64,000 bases of DNA from a virus. Taxonomy: Duplodnaviria; Caudoviricetes. The position numbers and the translations under genes are program-made. Where the stretch lies: positions 5,884 through 69,883 of IMG/VR virus record IMGVR_UViG_2933705211_000004; one strand, given 5' to 3'. Positions 1 to 9,120 of this stretch are shown here, one piece after another (the first letter of the stretch is position 1; every line of letters begins with the position of its first letter). The notes beneath the pieces were generated by a model that saw only the letters and a program-made list of their open reading frames with translations, ran no database searches and was not told where the DNA came from.

Positions 1-684
1 CTCGGTGTCGGCATCGGTCCACGTCGGCCCGGGGCCGCTGGTGTAGTGCGTGCCGAAGCCGCGCTTGACCAGGGCCTCACCGACCTTGGTGACGTGGGAG
101 CCCGTGGCGCCGTACCCGTACAGCAGACCATTGACGGTGACCTGGTAGCGGGCGACGGTGGTGCCCGAGCCGGTGGAGCCGCCCGGGTCGGGGGCAGGCT
201 TGTAGTCCCCGGCGGGCATGCCGGCCTGCACCCACGCGTAGAGCTTGGTGCCGGGGCAGGCGGTCGCGAAGCCGTCCTTGTGTCCCTTCTTGGCGAGGAT
301 GCGGCCGGTCTTCCTGCACGCCTCCTCGTACAGGGCGCGGCATGCGGCCAGGGCCTTGGCGCTGGGTTCCTGGTCGCCGCCGACGGCGATCTGTACTCCG
401 ATGCCGGTCACGTTGTGGTTCGGGCAGTGCGCGCCTTGCAGCGTCCAGCCGCGGCCTTCGTAGATGTTTCCGGCCTGATCGACGACGAAGTTGTATCCGA
501 CGCCGGCCCAGCCCTGGCCGAGATGCTCGGCCTCGATCGCCCGCATGATGGCGTACCCGGTGTGGGTGATGGGGGTACCGCCGTCGTAGTGGACGAAGAA
601 CTCGGTGCGCTGCGACAGCGAGATGGTGGCGGGAGTGCCGTTCCAGGGCTTCGCGCCCCACGTGGCACGAGAGATGATCTGCAT
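1..684 (-). CDS. N-acetylmuramoyl-L-alanine amidase (Amidase_2) endolysin; 3' end runs off the window
   Basis: Manual translation from ATG at 684: MQIISRATWGA...FVHYDG...GWAGVGYNFVV...YEGRG...GAHC...GHKD...TACPG, typical PGRP/amidase-2 motifs. Absent from the ORF track because it is truncated. Confidence 0.9.
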   Translation of the reverse strand, partial: MQIISRATWGAKPWNGTPATISLSQRTEFFVHYDGGTPITHTGYAIMRAIEAEHLGQGWAGVGYNFVVDQAGNIYEGRGWTLQGAHCPNHNVTGIGVQIAVGGDQEPSAKALAACRALYEEACRKTGRILAKKGHKDGFATACPGTKLYAWVQAGMPAGDYKPAPDPGGSTGSGTTVARYQVTVNGLLYGYGATGSHVTKVGEALVKRGFGTHYTSGPGPTWTDADTE

Positions 685-724
685 GGGTGGTGTGCCCTCC
701 GGTGACTGTGATCAGGGAGGGAGC

Positions 725-754
725 ACTGTGGGGGGCGGGCGGAGTTAGTGTCGC
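725..754 (-). promoter_or_regulatory. late promoter motif (amidase)
   Basis: GCGACAC-N17-CACAGT. Confidence 0.7.
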
Positions 755-772
755 GTGCTGCGTTGGCCAGCC

Positions 773-1414
773 TTAGCCGTCGATGACCTCGGCTTCTACG
801 ACGTTGCCGTCTTCCAGCGCAGGCGGGTCCGGGTATTGCACGGCGAACAGGCTCTGGTTCAGGCGCTCGGCGAGCGCGGTCAGGTCGACGCTTTCCTCTC
901 GGGCCGGTTCGTCGCTCTCCAGGCCGGTGATCTCGATGGCGAGTGCGGCGTCCTTTCCGTAGTGGCTGCGGTGCTGCCGCTCCAGGTACCAGGCGTCCGC
1001 GCGCCAGTCCGGGGCTGTGCGGTCTTCGGTGATCTCCTCGACGATCTGGCCGGTCTCCGGGTCACGGAATTTGCGTGTGGTGATCTTGGTGGTGATCCCG
1101 CCGTCTGCGACGCGGCGGATATTGGCCATCGCGCGGGCGGCGGCCATCGCCCGTGCGGTGCGGACCTTCTCGAACAGCTCGACGTAGACGTCCTCGTCCC
1201 GGTTGGGGGTCTGACTGTCCTCGCGGGCGGTGACTTCGGCGCGGCCCCGGGCCATCCAACGGCGGTAGGTCGCACTGGAGATACCGGCAGCCTCGGCGGC
1301 GAGTTCTACGGCGATGCCCGAGCGTGACGCGGCGAGGATGCGAGCCTCCACCTCTTCGGACAGGAGGGTGGGGCGGCCCGCGTTGGAGCGGCGGGACTTG
1401 CGGCGTAGGGACAT
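773..1414 (-). CDS. HTH protein, putative terminase small subunit
   Basis: GRPT...AAEAAGISSATYRRW HTH and DWRADAWYLER motif resemble phage TerS-like proteins; start ATG 1414. Confidence 0.6.
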   Translation of the reverse strand: MSLRRKSRRSNAGRPTLLSEEVEARILAASRSGIAVELAAEAAGISSATYRRWMARGRAEVTAREDSQTPNRDEDVYVELFEKVRTARAMAAARAMANIRRVADGGITTKITTRKFRDPETGQIVEEITEDRTAPDWRADAWYLERQHRSHYGKDAALAIEITGLESDEPAREESVDLTALAERLNQSLFAVQYPDPPALEDGNVVEAEVIDG

Positions 1415-1425
1415 GGGAGGCGTAC

Positions 1426-2067
1426 TCAGCGGCCGGGCGTGAACGCGTGGCCGCAGGCCGGGCAGGTGGCCAGATGGGCGCGACCCTCGTCGTCCGGGCT
1501 GAGACCGCCACTTTCCATGCCGTCCCCGCCAGCATCCGGCAGGTGCAGCACAGAGGCCTGGTCCTCGTTGATGGCCCCGGGTAGCGTCTCGGGGTCGACC
1601 TGGCGCAGCAGGCGCTCCAACTCCTCGTCGGGGATGGCGAGTGAGTCGAACAGCTCGGCGTCGGCAGTGACGATGTCTTCGAGGTACGCGGCGAGGGGCC
1701 GTGGCTGCCAACCACCGTCAGCCCCGATCTTGTTGAGCTTGATGTTCAGGGCTTTGGCCTCGGCGTCGGAGCGGGAGGCCCACCCGCGCTGGACGGGTAC
1801 GAGCCAACCGCCGTCGTCGTCCAGGAGGAGCCCGGCGGGGAGTCGATCGCCGCGGGCCTGCATCTCGATCAGGGCTTCGCGGCGGCCGTGTCCGCCCAGG
1901 ATGGTCTCGGTGCGCTCATCCGCGATGGGCTGGTCGACGAACCCGTGCGTGCGGATGCTCTCGATGATCCGCTCGACCTCGTGCTTCTTCGGGTTGCCGG
2001 GTGCGGGGGCGAGGTCGGTAAGCGGAACGTACGTGGTGTAGCGGGGGGCGTGCACGGGCGCGGTCAC
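1426..2067 (-). CDS. ParB/Srx N-terminal domain protein with C-terminal CxxC
   Basis: LAPAPGNPKKH...SIRTHGF...ILGGHGRREA ParB-like motif; terminal CPACGH. Confidence 0.8.
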   Translation of the reverse strand: MTAPVHAPRYTTYVPLTDLAPAPGNPKKHEVERIIESIRTHGFVDQPIADERTETILGGHGRREALIEMQARGDRLPAGLLLDDDGGWLVPVQRGWASRSDAEAKALNIKLNKIGADGGWQPRPLAAYLEDIVTADAELFDSLAIPDEELERLLRQVDPETLPGAINEDQASVLHLPDAGGDGMESGGLSPDDEGRAHLATCPACGHAFTPGR

Positions 2068-2111
2068 GGTGATCCTTCCGACAGTTCGGTGTGCCGGCGG
2101 TGGGCGTGGTC

Positions 2112-2186
2112 TGCGAGCCCGCGGACTTCAACCGCGGCGCCCCGCCTCGCAAGCGGGGCATGCCGTCATGGCCGGACCGCGCCCGC
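2112..2186 (-). ncRNA. tRNA-like element (degenerate tRNA-Arg, GCG anticodon) in the leader of the ParB-like gene
   Basis: 75 nt. Acceptor GCGGGCG/GGCTCGC-A (one mismatch), anticodon arm CCCGC-TTGCGAG-GCGGG, T arm CGCGG-TTGAAGT-CCGCG; D arm poor. Confidence 0.4.
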
Positions 2187-2277
2187 CGCCGGACCGGTGC
2201 CGTCCGCGTTCCGGATGGGGCGGCGCCGGAGCCCGCCCCGCCACTGGTGACGTCACCGAGCGGGGAGAGCTGTGCGG

Positions 2278-2307
2278 AAGGTACGAGATAGGGCTGGATT
2301 GTGTCGC
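2278..2307 (-). promoter_or_regulatory. late promoter motif (tRNA-like/ParB/TerS)
   Basis: GCGACAC-N17-TACCTT. Confidence 0.7.
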
Positions 2308-2347
2308 GACGTCGGTCGGCGCTCAGGCGGTTAGAAGCCGAGATGGC

Positions 2348-2674
2348 TCAGGATGGGCTGTGCTCCGCAGAGTCATTTGACGCTGCGGGCGGTGCGGCAA
2401 GCCTGCGGTACCCGATGATCGCGAGCACGAGAATGGACACGCCGGCTACGCCAGCGAGGGCGGTCAGGCATCGAGCCCACCATGGAGCGTCATTGTTCGG
2501 GCCAAGGGCCCAGAGCACGGCCACGGGGCTACAGACGAGCAGCAGCAAGCCCCGGGGATTCCACCACTTCCATTCCCTGGTGCCGTCAAGGTTGATGGGG
2601 AAGATCCAGGGCGCCAAGAACTCTGTCCACACAAGCTGCGACAGCCAGCGGTGGCGCTTTGGCATAACAACCAC
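2348..2674 (-). CDS. small membrane protein
   Basis: Two hydrophobic segments; lower-GC context. Confidence 0.45.
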   Translation of the reverse strand: MVVMPKRHRWLSQLVWTEFLAPWIFPINLDGTREWKWWNPRGLLLLVCSPVAVLWALGPNNDAPWWARCLTALAGVAGVSILVLAIIGYRRLAAPPAASNDSAEHSPS

Positions 2675-3119
2675 GTTTCATTAGGAAGATCGATCAGTAC
2701 AACCGTAACTGAACGCAGCAAATAGACATGTTCTACCCAAGCGCCGCTGCTGAGGGGATGGGCAGGACATGCTCTTGCAAGCCCTCGCGCTGCCTCGGGG
2801 GGACGGCAACTTCCAGTTGGGATGGGAGCATCGACACCGCCGTGGAGCAGGCACTCGCCCACCAATAGACCTGCGCCGAGGATCGGCAGTGTCAATGGGG
2901 ATGGGGCAACCCCCGCTGCCGGGTCTGCGAGGTCGGGACACCCTCAGCACTCGGCAACGTGTGCTGTACTATTTGTTGTGGCTGGGAGAGCAACTCAGCT
3001 ACCTGGGCCTAGGTGTCACAGATTTCGCCGGACGACGTACTTACTGGCGACGCCCTCTGCACCGCGCCCGGGACAGACCCGAAAAGCCCTGGGCCACGCC
3101 TGGGGTGAGAAAGGACACC

Positions 3120-3698
3120 ATGTCGCACGACGATGCCGACCAGACGCCGGAGAGCCCCCTGCCCCTGGGGGACGCCGCACTGCTCTCGGTCTTCGCCACG
3201 CTGTTCAAGAAGCGCGTCGTTCCTGCGATCGACGAGAAGATCGCCGCAGTTAAGAGCCCGCTCCTCACTGCGTACGACGGACCGGCGGGGCAGGGCCGCG
3301 TGGATGCGAAGGTCAACGGCATCACGGTCGCCACCCACACAGTGGCCCTCTCCAAGGACAAGTACATCGTCGGCGACGAGGACGCGTTCAACGCCTTCGC
3401 CGAAGAGCACGACGAGATCGAGGTCATCATCCAGGCCCGGCCTGCCTTCCGGGACGGGATGCTCAAGCGCGCCAGGTACGACAAGGACAGCGGCGTCATC
3501 GTCGACAAGCTCACTGGCGAAGTGATCCCCGGCATCACGCGCATCCCCGGCGGCAAGCCCACCGGCACCGTGACCCTCTCCTGGAAGGACGGCGGAGAGG
3601 AGGCCGTGCTGGACGCGTACCACAAGGGACAGCTCGACGACTTGTTGCGTGGCGTGCCGATGCTCCCCGCCGTGCCCACCCGCGACGGCGAGCAGTAG
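3120..3698 (+). CDS. phage hypothetical protein (weakly Gam/Gp157-like)
   Basis: RBS AAAGGA before ATG 3120; GC3-rich codons; VDKLTGEVIPGI motif. Confidence 0.7.
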   Translation: MSHDDADQTPESPLPLGDAALLSVFATLFKKRVVPAIDEKIAAVKSPLLTAYDGPAGQGRVDAKVNGITVATHTVALSKDKYIVGDEDAFNAFAEEHDEIEVIIQARPAFRDGMLKRARYDKDSGVIVDKLTGEVIPGITRIPGGKPTGTVTLSWKDGGEEAVLDAYHKGQLDDLLRGVPMLPAVPTRDGEQ

Positions 3699-3769
3699 GC
3701 CGCACCGCCGTACAACGGCCCGGCCGCTCACCTGCTTTCAGCGGCCGGGCCCCTGCTCGAAGGATCAAC

Positions 3770-4060
3770 GTGTTGTCCACCCAGACCGACATTGCTCCGG
3801 TGCTTGCCGGAGGTATATCCGACCGCGCGTTCCGCCTGTACTGCTACCTCGTGCTGGAGAGCGACGGCGACTGGGTCACCGTCCAGGACGCGGCCGACGC
3901 CTGCAACCTGACCAACCACCAAGCACGCGAACCGCTGTCCGAACTCCGCGAAGCACGCATGGCCGAGTCGCGGCGCGTGTACGAGATGGGCACCCGCGGC
4001 CGCAAGACGTGGCACACCCACTTCCGGCTTCAGGAGACGGCGTGCGAGGCGGCAGCGTGA
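3770..4060 (+). CDS. small winged-helix DNA-binding protein
   Basis: AFRLYCYL...VQDAADACNLT...LSELRE pattern; GTGA overlap with next gene. Confidence 0.65.
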   Translation: MLSTQTDIAPVLAGGISDRAFRLYCYLVLESDGDWVTVQDAADACNLTNHQAREPLSELREARMAESRRVYEMGTRGRKTWHTHFRLQETACEAAA

Positions 4061-5046
4061 GCAATCGCAGCGCGGTGCGCACCAACCGGCGCACCTACTT
4101 CGTCCAGGTCGAGTCCGGGACCGCCCGAGACAACCGGCTCAGCTACCGTGCCCTCGGCCTGCTGACCTACTGCCTGGACCAGTCCGACAGCTGGAACGTG
4201 CGCTCCGAACAACTCGCCCGCGGTGAAGGCCGCGAAGGGCGCGACGCCGTCCGTAAAGCCCTCCATGAGCTGGCCGCGCACGGCTACTACCGTCTGGAGA
4301 AGCGCCGCTTCCTCGATGGCAAGACAGCCATGGGCGCGGCGATCAGTGAGTATCCCGTCGAGCAGTGGGCCGCCGACTACGTGGCCTTCGGCGGGAAGCT
4401 GGACATCCCCGTCGTGGAGCAGAAAGACGGCTCGTTCCGCGTTCGCTACCCCGATGCCTCCCTTGGCCCGGACGGCTTCACGGCAGGCCAAGAGCAGCCC
4501 ACGCAAGGCGTCGAGCCCGCACAGCCCGCCCCGCAGCCGGATCCGGAACAGCAACCTCGTCCGACCTCTCCGCCTGCCCGCCCGGCTGTGAAGAAGAAGC
4601 CCCCGAACCGCACCGCCCCCGCACCCGATGCCGATGCGAAGCAGGCGAAGGGGGCGAAGGAGAAGACACCCGCCGACGAAGTCGCCACCTGGTACTACGA
4701 GCACGCGACAACACACCTCGGACCGTACGCGGGCAAGCAGAAGTCCGGTTGGTACTTCGGACTGCTCAAGCTGAGCCAGCAGGCGTTGCAAGCCCAATAC
4801 ACCAAGCGTCAGGTCGCCAAGGCCTTCCAGCGCTCCGGTGTGCACTTTCCTTCCGCCCACCAATTCCAGAGGGCGTTGAGCGACGAGTTGAACAACAAGC
4901 CCATGCCCACCCAGTTCGGCGGCCGACCCGCCCCCTACAGCGACGCCGCGACCTGGGGGCCGACTGCCGCCCCGGAAGAGCCCACCACGAGCACCACAGA
5001 CCACCCTGACGATGACGGCGCCATGTTCGGCATCGTCCCCGCCTGA
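4057..5046 (+). CDS. phage replication initiator (HTH N-terminus)
   Basis: ARDNRLSYRALGLLTY...GRDAVRKALHEL...GY replication-protein HTH; directly upstream of a DnaC-like gene. Confidence 0.75.
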   Translation: MSNRSAVRTNRRTYFVQVESGTARDNRLSYRALGLLTYCLDQSDSWNVRSEQLARGEGREGRDAVRKALHELAAHGYYRLEKRRFLDGKTAMGAAISEYPVEQWAADYVAFGGKLDIPVVEQKDGSFRVRYPDASLGPDGFTAGQEQPTQGVEPAQPAPQPDPEQQPRPTSPPARPAVKKKPPNRTAPAPDADAKQAKGAKEKTPADEVATWYYEHATTHLGPYAGKQKSGWYFGLLKLSQQALQAQYTKRQVAKAFQRSGVHFPSAHQFQRALSDELNNKPMPTQFGGRPAPYSDAATWGPTAAPEEPTTSTTDHPDDDGAMFGIVPA

Positions 5047-5064
5047 CGAGGAAGGACCCGGCCA

Positions 5065-5859
5065 ATGAGCACCCTGGCGGCCGAACGCATCGTTCCCGAG
5101 CGCGAGCCGCGGCGCCTGTTCGAGATCACCGACCACCTCGTGGAGGTACTGCGACGCGGCGGCGCCGACCTCTCCCAGCTCGGTGTTCCCGCACCTGCGG
5201 GCGAGGACGACGAGACGTTGTGGGAGGACGTCGCGGTGCCGCAAGCCCGCGCACGCAAGAACATCTGGAGGAACAGCATGCGCGAGGCCGCGCACGACGA
5301 CTACTTGAAGTGGCGGTTCGCCGACCTTGATCCGGCGCAGCATCCCGCTGTGCTGCGCGACTGGCTCCGATCGCTCGTCGAGGCCAAGCGGCACAAGGCG
5401 CGGCCCAGCACCATGCACTTCATCGCACCGGGCAATATCGGCTCGGGCAAGACGACGGCGCTCGCCGCGCTGGGCAACGAGGCGAGTGACCAAGGCCTTG
5501 TCGTGCGGTTCATCAAGCACTCCACGTACCTGACGTGGCGCCGCCCGGACGGCGGTCCGGGCGACATGACGTCGTACATGGTGCGCAAGCGCCACGTCGA
5601 GGCGGATCTGCTGATCCTCGACGAGCTGTGCGGTGAAATGGACGGCGTGGCAACGGAGTTCGCGCGCCGGGAGACGATCGACCTGATCGACTCCCGACTC
5701 TCGGCGGGCAGGCCCACCGCGTTCTCCACGAACCTGCGACGTGACGGAATCGTGGCAGTCCTCGGCGAGCGACTGCTCTCCCGGATCGAGGCCCGTGCGT
5801 ACCTGAAGAAGATCACGGGTCCTGACCGGCGCGCCCCGAAGAAGCCGCTCGACTGGTGA
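5065..5859 (+). CDS. DnaC/IstB-like ATPase (helicase loader)
   Basis: Walker A GNIGSGKT, LLILDEL, STNL, LGERLLSRI, GPDRR. Confidence 0.9.
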   Translation: MSTLAAERIVPEREPRRLFEITDHLVEVLRRGGADLSQLGVPAPAGEDDETLWEDVAVPQARARKNIWRNSMREAAHDDYLKWRFADLDPAQHPAVLRDWLRSLVEAKRHKARPSTMHFIAPGNIGSGKTTALAALGNEASDQGLVVRFIKHSTYLTWRRPDGGPGDMTSYMVRKRHVEADLLILDELCGEMDGVATEFARRETIDLIDSRLSAGRPTAFSTNLRRDGIVAVLGERLLSRIEARAYLKKITGPDRRAPKKPLDW

Positions 5860-6000
5860 AAACTGCTGCCTGCACAGCCGGTTGACGGAGGATGGGTGAG
5901 GCGGACGCAGCGCGTTCGGCGGAGGGTCCTATATCGTTTGGGCGTCCTGGGGGCCGATGAGCATAGGTCCCTGGGAAGACCCGAACGAAAGGGACGTGTC

Positions 6001-6966
6001 TTGTCGAAGTTGCCTACTACCCGTGCCATAACACAGGGCGAGCGCGAGTTGCGGGACTGGCACCGCAACCTTCGCATCGGAGCAGCGGCCGCGGGCTTCG
6101 GCATGATGCTTGCTTCCCTCTACCAACTCCACTGGGCAGGGCGGCTCATTGGGTTCCCCACGTTCGCTGCCGCAGCGATGGCCGGGTCACTGGAACTGCT
6201 CCTGGCCTTCAACGCCGGCGCGGTGACCTCGATCCGGCGGCGCTCCGCCGAGGGCGCTGAGGGCGGCTACTACTGGTCGCTGTGGTTGATCTTCGCGTTT
6301 CTGCTGTGCATCTCGATCGCTGCGAACGTCGGCCACGCGATGGTCGCGTTGTCTGAATGGTTCAGTGCCGACGGTGCGCCGCCGGTGATGGTCGAGAACC
6401 GCGTGTACGTGTACGCGGTCGGCAGTGCCGTCGCCGCGATGGTGCCGCTTGGCGGCAGCTTCGGGCTGCACATCTCCGGGTTCGTCCGCGCTCGTGGCGC
6501 GGGCTCGGACTGGGTTGAGGAGAGCGGGACCGGCGCGTTGCGCGATGCTTCCGCGCCCACTTCCGTGCCGCCCCAGCAGCACGTTCCAGCGCCGCGCCCG
6601 ATGGTGCAGGCCACGACCCCGCTGATCCAGACGACCGTACCCAAGCCGGTCGACCTCACCAAGAAGGTGCTGGACCCGAACGATGCCCAAGGCGACATAG
6701 CGAAGGAGCGGGCGCCGGAGATCAAGCCCGCAAATGTCGTCTCCGAAGAGGAGTTGTACGCGATCTACAAGGCCGCCAGGGACGCTGATGAGCGGCACCG
6801 GTTCATGCCACGAGGTGACCTGAACCCCTCGCAGCTCGGCCGCCGACTGGGACAGAGCCCGCAGAACGGCCGGAAGAACGTCGGACCGCGCTTCGACTCC
6901 CGATACCGGTCGGAGACGCAGGAGGAGCGGCGGCAGGGCGAGCACGGACGAACTCGCGGCCGGTGA
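6001..6966 (+). CDS. membrane protein, DUF2637/Spd-like, with C-terminal HTH
   Basis: Four hydrophobic helices, SIAANVGHA motif, Pro-rich linker, PSQLGRRLGQS; TTG start with AAGGGA RBS. Confidence 0.65.
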   Translation: MSKLPTTRAITQGERELRDWHRNLRIGAAAAGFGMMLASLYQLHWAGRLIGFPTFAAAAMAGSLELLLAFNAGAVTSIRRRSAEGAEGGYYWSLWLIFAFLLCISIAANVGHAMVALSEWFSADGAPPVMVENRVYVYAVGSAVAAMVPLGGSFGLHISGFVRARGAGSDWVEESGTGALRDASAPTSVPPQQHVPAPRPMVQATTPLIQTTVPKPVDLTKKVLDPNDAQGDIAKERAPEIKPANVVSEEELYAIYKAARDADERHRFMPRGDLNPSQLGRRLGQSPQNGRKNVGPRFDSRYRSETQEERRQGEHGRTRGR

Positions 6967-7008
6967 CAAGGCGGCTCAAGCCTCCTGACGTTACGAACCT
7001 GCACGCCA

Positions 7009-7046
7009 CAGCGGCGGGCGCACCCATCCCGGGGCGCCCGCCGCTG
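7009..7046 (+). terminator. 13-bp stem hairpin after the DUF2637-like gene
   Basis: CAGCGGCGGGCGC / GCGCCCGCCGCTG perfect inverted repeat. Confidence 0.6.
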
Positions 7047-7125
7047 GCACGTTCGTGCCCACCATGTCCCTGCCTGCCTTGATACCGGCCGTCGAAATCC
7101 GCATGTCCGTTCCGCTGCCAGCGGA

Positions 7126-7153
7126 TTGATTCACCGCCCGAACACGCTAAAAT
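7126..7153 (+). promoter_or_regulatory. sigma70-like promoter of the AAA ATPase gene
   Basis: TTGATT-N16-TAAAAT. Confidence 0.45.
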
Positions 7154-7247
7154 GGTACAGCGGACGTCAGGGTGAGAAGTTAAGGCCCTGCGCACCGCAC
7201 CATCCGGGAGAGCAACCCGGAGGACCCGAAGCGAAAGGCCCCGTCCC

Positions 7248-8855
7248 GTGGCTGGTATTACTGCGCCGCAGCGCACCCGCAAGAGCCGGAAGCCCACTGG
7301 CCGACCGAACCCGCCGATCGTGCTGATCACCGGTCAGGAGAAGACCGGCAAGAGCTGGGAGGCGGCGCGCGGCTCCGGCTCCGACCTCATCGGCAACACC
7401 TACTGGATCGAGATCGGCGGCACCGAGGGGACGGCGGACTACTACGGCCGCGTCCCCGGCGCCCGATACGAGATCGTCGAACACGACGGCTCCTATCAGG
7501 ACATCCTCGACGCGATCCGCTGGAGCATCCAGCAACCCCGCGTCGACGGGAAGCTCAACATGCTCGTCATCGACTCCGTGACGTCGCTGTGGGACATGCT
7601 CAGCGACGAAATCGCGCTGTTCGCCCGGCGCCGCGCCGTCCGCAAGGCCCAGGAAAACCGCCGCCGCGCGCCCAGTACCGATGACCCCGTCGTTGTCGAT
7701 GCCGACCTGTGGAACCGGGCCAAGGACCGGTGGGGGGAGGTCTTGTGGCTGCTGCGCCGCCACCCCGGCCCCGTTCTGCTCATCGCCCGCCAGGAAGTCG
7801 TCACCGCCTTCGAGAACGACAAGCCGACCCGGAATACCACCCGGAAGGTGAAGGCCGAGAAGAACTTGCCCGCAGCGGTCGACGCCATCGTGGAGCTCCA
7901 CGCGGTCGGCGAGGCCTGGCTCACCGGAGTGCGCACCCTGCACATGTCGATCCAGCCCGGCGAGTCCCAGCGGTTCCCGGACTTCAGCGTGGACACGCTG
8001 CTGCGCCGCCTCGGCATCCAGGACGCTGTCGAGTCCCGGTCCGTATCCGAACTGCGCCCCGACGGCGATTTGCAGGAGCACGGTCAGCAGCCTGAGCCGA
8101 CCACCGTGCGGGCGGACCCGCCCCGGCCGGCTCCGGCCCTGAGCAACGAGCAGGCCGCCCAGCTCATCCGCGACGCCCTCATGCACCCCATCGATCCGGA
8201 GGGCGCGCTGCGCGAGTTGCGGGAGGACTATGGCCGCCGTGTTCTCAAGGCCGTACAGACCAATACCGCGTGGGGTCAGATGAATGCCGACGAGCTGATC
8301 ACCAAGTCACTCGACCACCTCAAGGCCAAGGCGGAGCAGGCCACGGCGGGCGAGCACAGCGATGACTCCAAGGAGCGCCAGGCCCCGCAGGAGCAGACGC
8401 ATGACAGCGCCCCGACGGATACCCAAGCGCCCGAGCCGGACGGGCAGGGGTTCCCGCCGCCGGACCCCGAGGAGCAGCCGCCCGTGGATGAGCACCCCGA
8501 GGACGTCAGCGAAGCCGAGGAGCCCCAGGACCTTCCGCGTCCCCGGCCCGCTCAGATGAACAAGGCGAACAAGGCGATGGCGGTGCTGCTCACCGAAGCC
8601 GAAATCCAGGCCCGCCTCTTGGGGGTGCCCATGGAGGAACACCTCGCGCCCATCGCCAGGCCGGACGACGGGACGCCGCCGCCCATGACGAAGCTGCGGA
8701 CCTACGTGATCGAGCACCGCGACACGGTGATCGCGCTCTTGGAGGAGCAGGGGCAGCGGGACATCGCCAACGCCTACCGTCTGGCGGGCAAGCCGGAGCT
8801 GAAGATCGCCGCGATGTTCTCGACGCTCTACGACGACCTGGTCACGGTCGGGTGA
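7248..8855 (+). CDS. AAA_24/Sak4-like recombination ATPase with long C-terminal extension
   Basis: GQEKTGKS Walker A and LVIDS Walker B. Confidence 0.8.
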   Translation: MAGITAPQRTRKSRKPTGRPNPPIVLITGQEKTGKSWEAARGSGSDLIGNTYWIEIGGTEGTADYYGRVPGARYEIVEHDGSYQDILDAIRWSIQQPRVDGKLNMLVIDSVTSLWDMLSDEIALFARRRAVRKAQENRRRAPSTDDPVVVDADLWNRAKDRWGEVLWLLRRHPGPVLLIARQEVVTAFENDKPTRNTTRKVKAEKNLPAAVDAIVELHAVGEAWLTGVRTLHMSIQPGESQRFPDFSVDTLLRRLGIQDAVESRSVSELRPDGDLQEHGQQPEPTTVRADPPRPAPALSNEQAAQLIRDALMHPIDPEGALRELREDYGRRVLKAVQTNTAWGQMNADELITKSLDHLKAKAEQATAGEHSDDSKERQAPQEQTHDSAPTDTQAPEPDGQGFPPPDPEEQPPVDEHPEDVSEAEEPQDLPRPRPAQMNKANKAMAVLLTEAEIQARLLGVPMEEHLAPIARPDDGTPPPMTKLRTYVIEHRDTVIALLEEQGQRDIANAYRLAGKPELKIAAMFSTLYDDLVTVG

Positions 8856-8878
8856 GGCGACATGACGTGATTGCTCCC

Positions 8879-9011
8879 CGAGCACGCCCCGCGTGCACGG
8901 GGAGCAGTGGATCGACCTGACACCTGACGTCCTTGGAGCCATCCCCACGTGCATGGGGAGCAATGTTTGGCACTCTTCACTACGGGGCCATCCCCGCACA
9001 GCGGGGATCCA
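8879..9011 (-). CRISPR. Cas-less type I-E-like mini-array (3 degenerate repeats; spacers 20 and 27 nt)
   Basis: Repeats at 8984-9011, 8935-8963 (minus strand TTGCTCCCCATGCACGTGGGGATGGCTCC) and 8879-8907 resemble the actinobacterial I-E repeat GTGCTCCCCGCGCACGCGGGGATGGTCCC. Confidence 0.8.
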
Positions 9012-9019
9012 ACAAGCCA

Positions 9020-9048
9020 ATTATGCCTCGTCCGCTTCCCCTTGCCAG
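9020..9048 (-). promoter_or_regulatory. sigma70-like promoter for the mini-array
   Basis: Minus strand CTGGCA-N17-CATAAT; predicted start falls at the first repeat. Confidence 0.55.
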
Positions 9049-9120
9049 GGGTTTCGAGCCAGCCGCTGACGACGTCTGGAACGCGACGCTCCTCGCTAAG
9101 CAAATCCCGCACGCGTAGCC

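Noticed and set aside
2069-2290. Possible cobalamin or other riboswitch in the ParB leader
   Set aside because: No riboswitch consensus boxes found; a tRNA-like fold fits better.
7162-7171. GGACGTCAGG matches nt 3-12 of the 27-nt mini-array spacer, just downstream of the AAA ATPase promoter
   Set aside because: Only 10 nt, seed positions 1-2 mismatch and no AAG-like PAM; compatible with chance.
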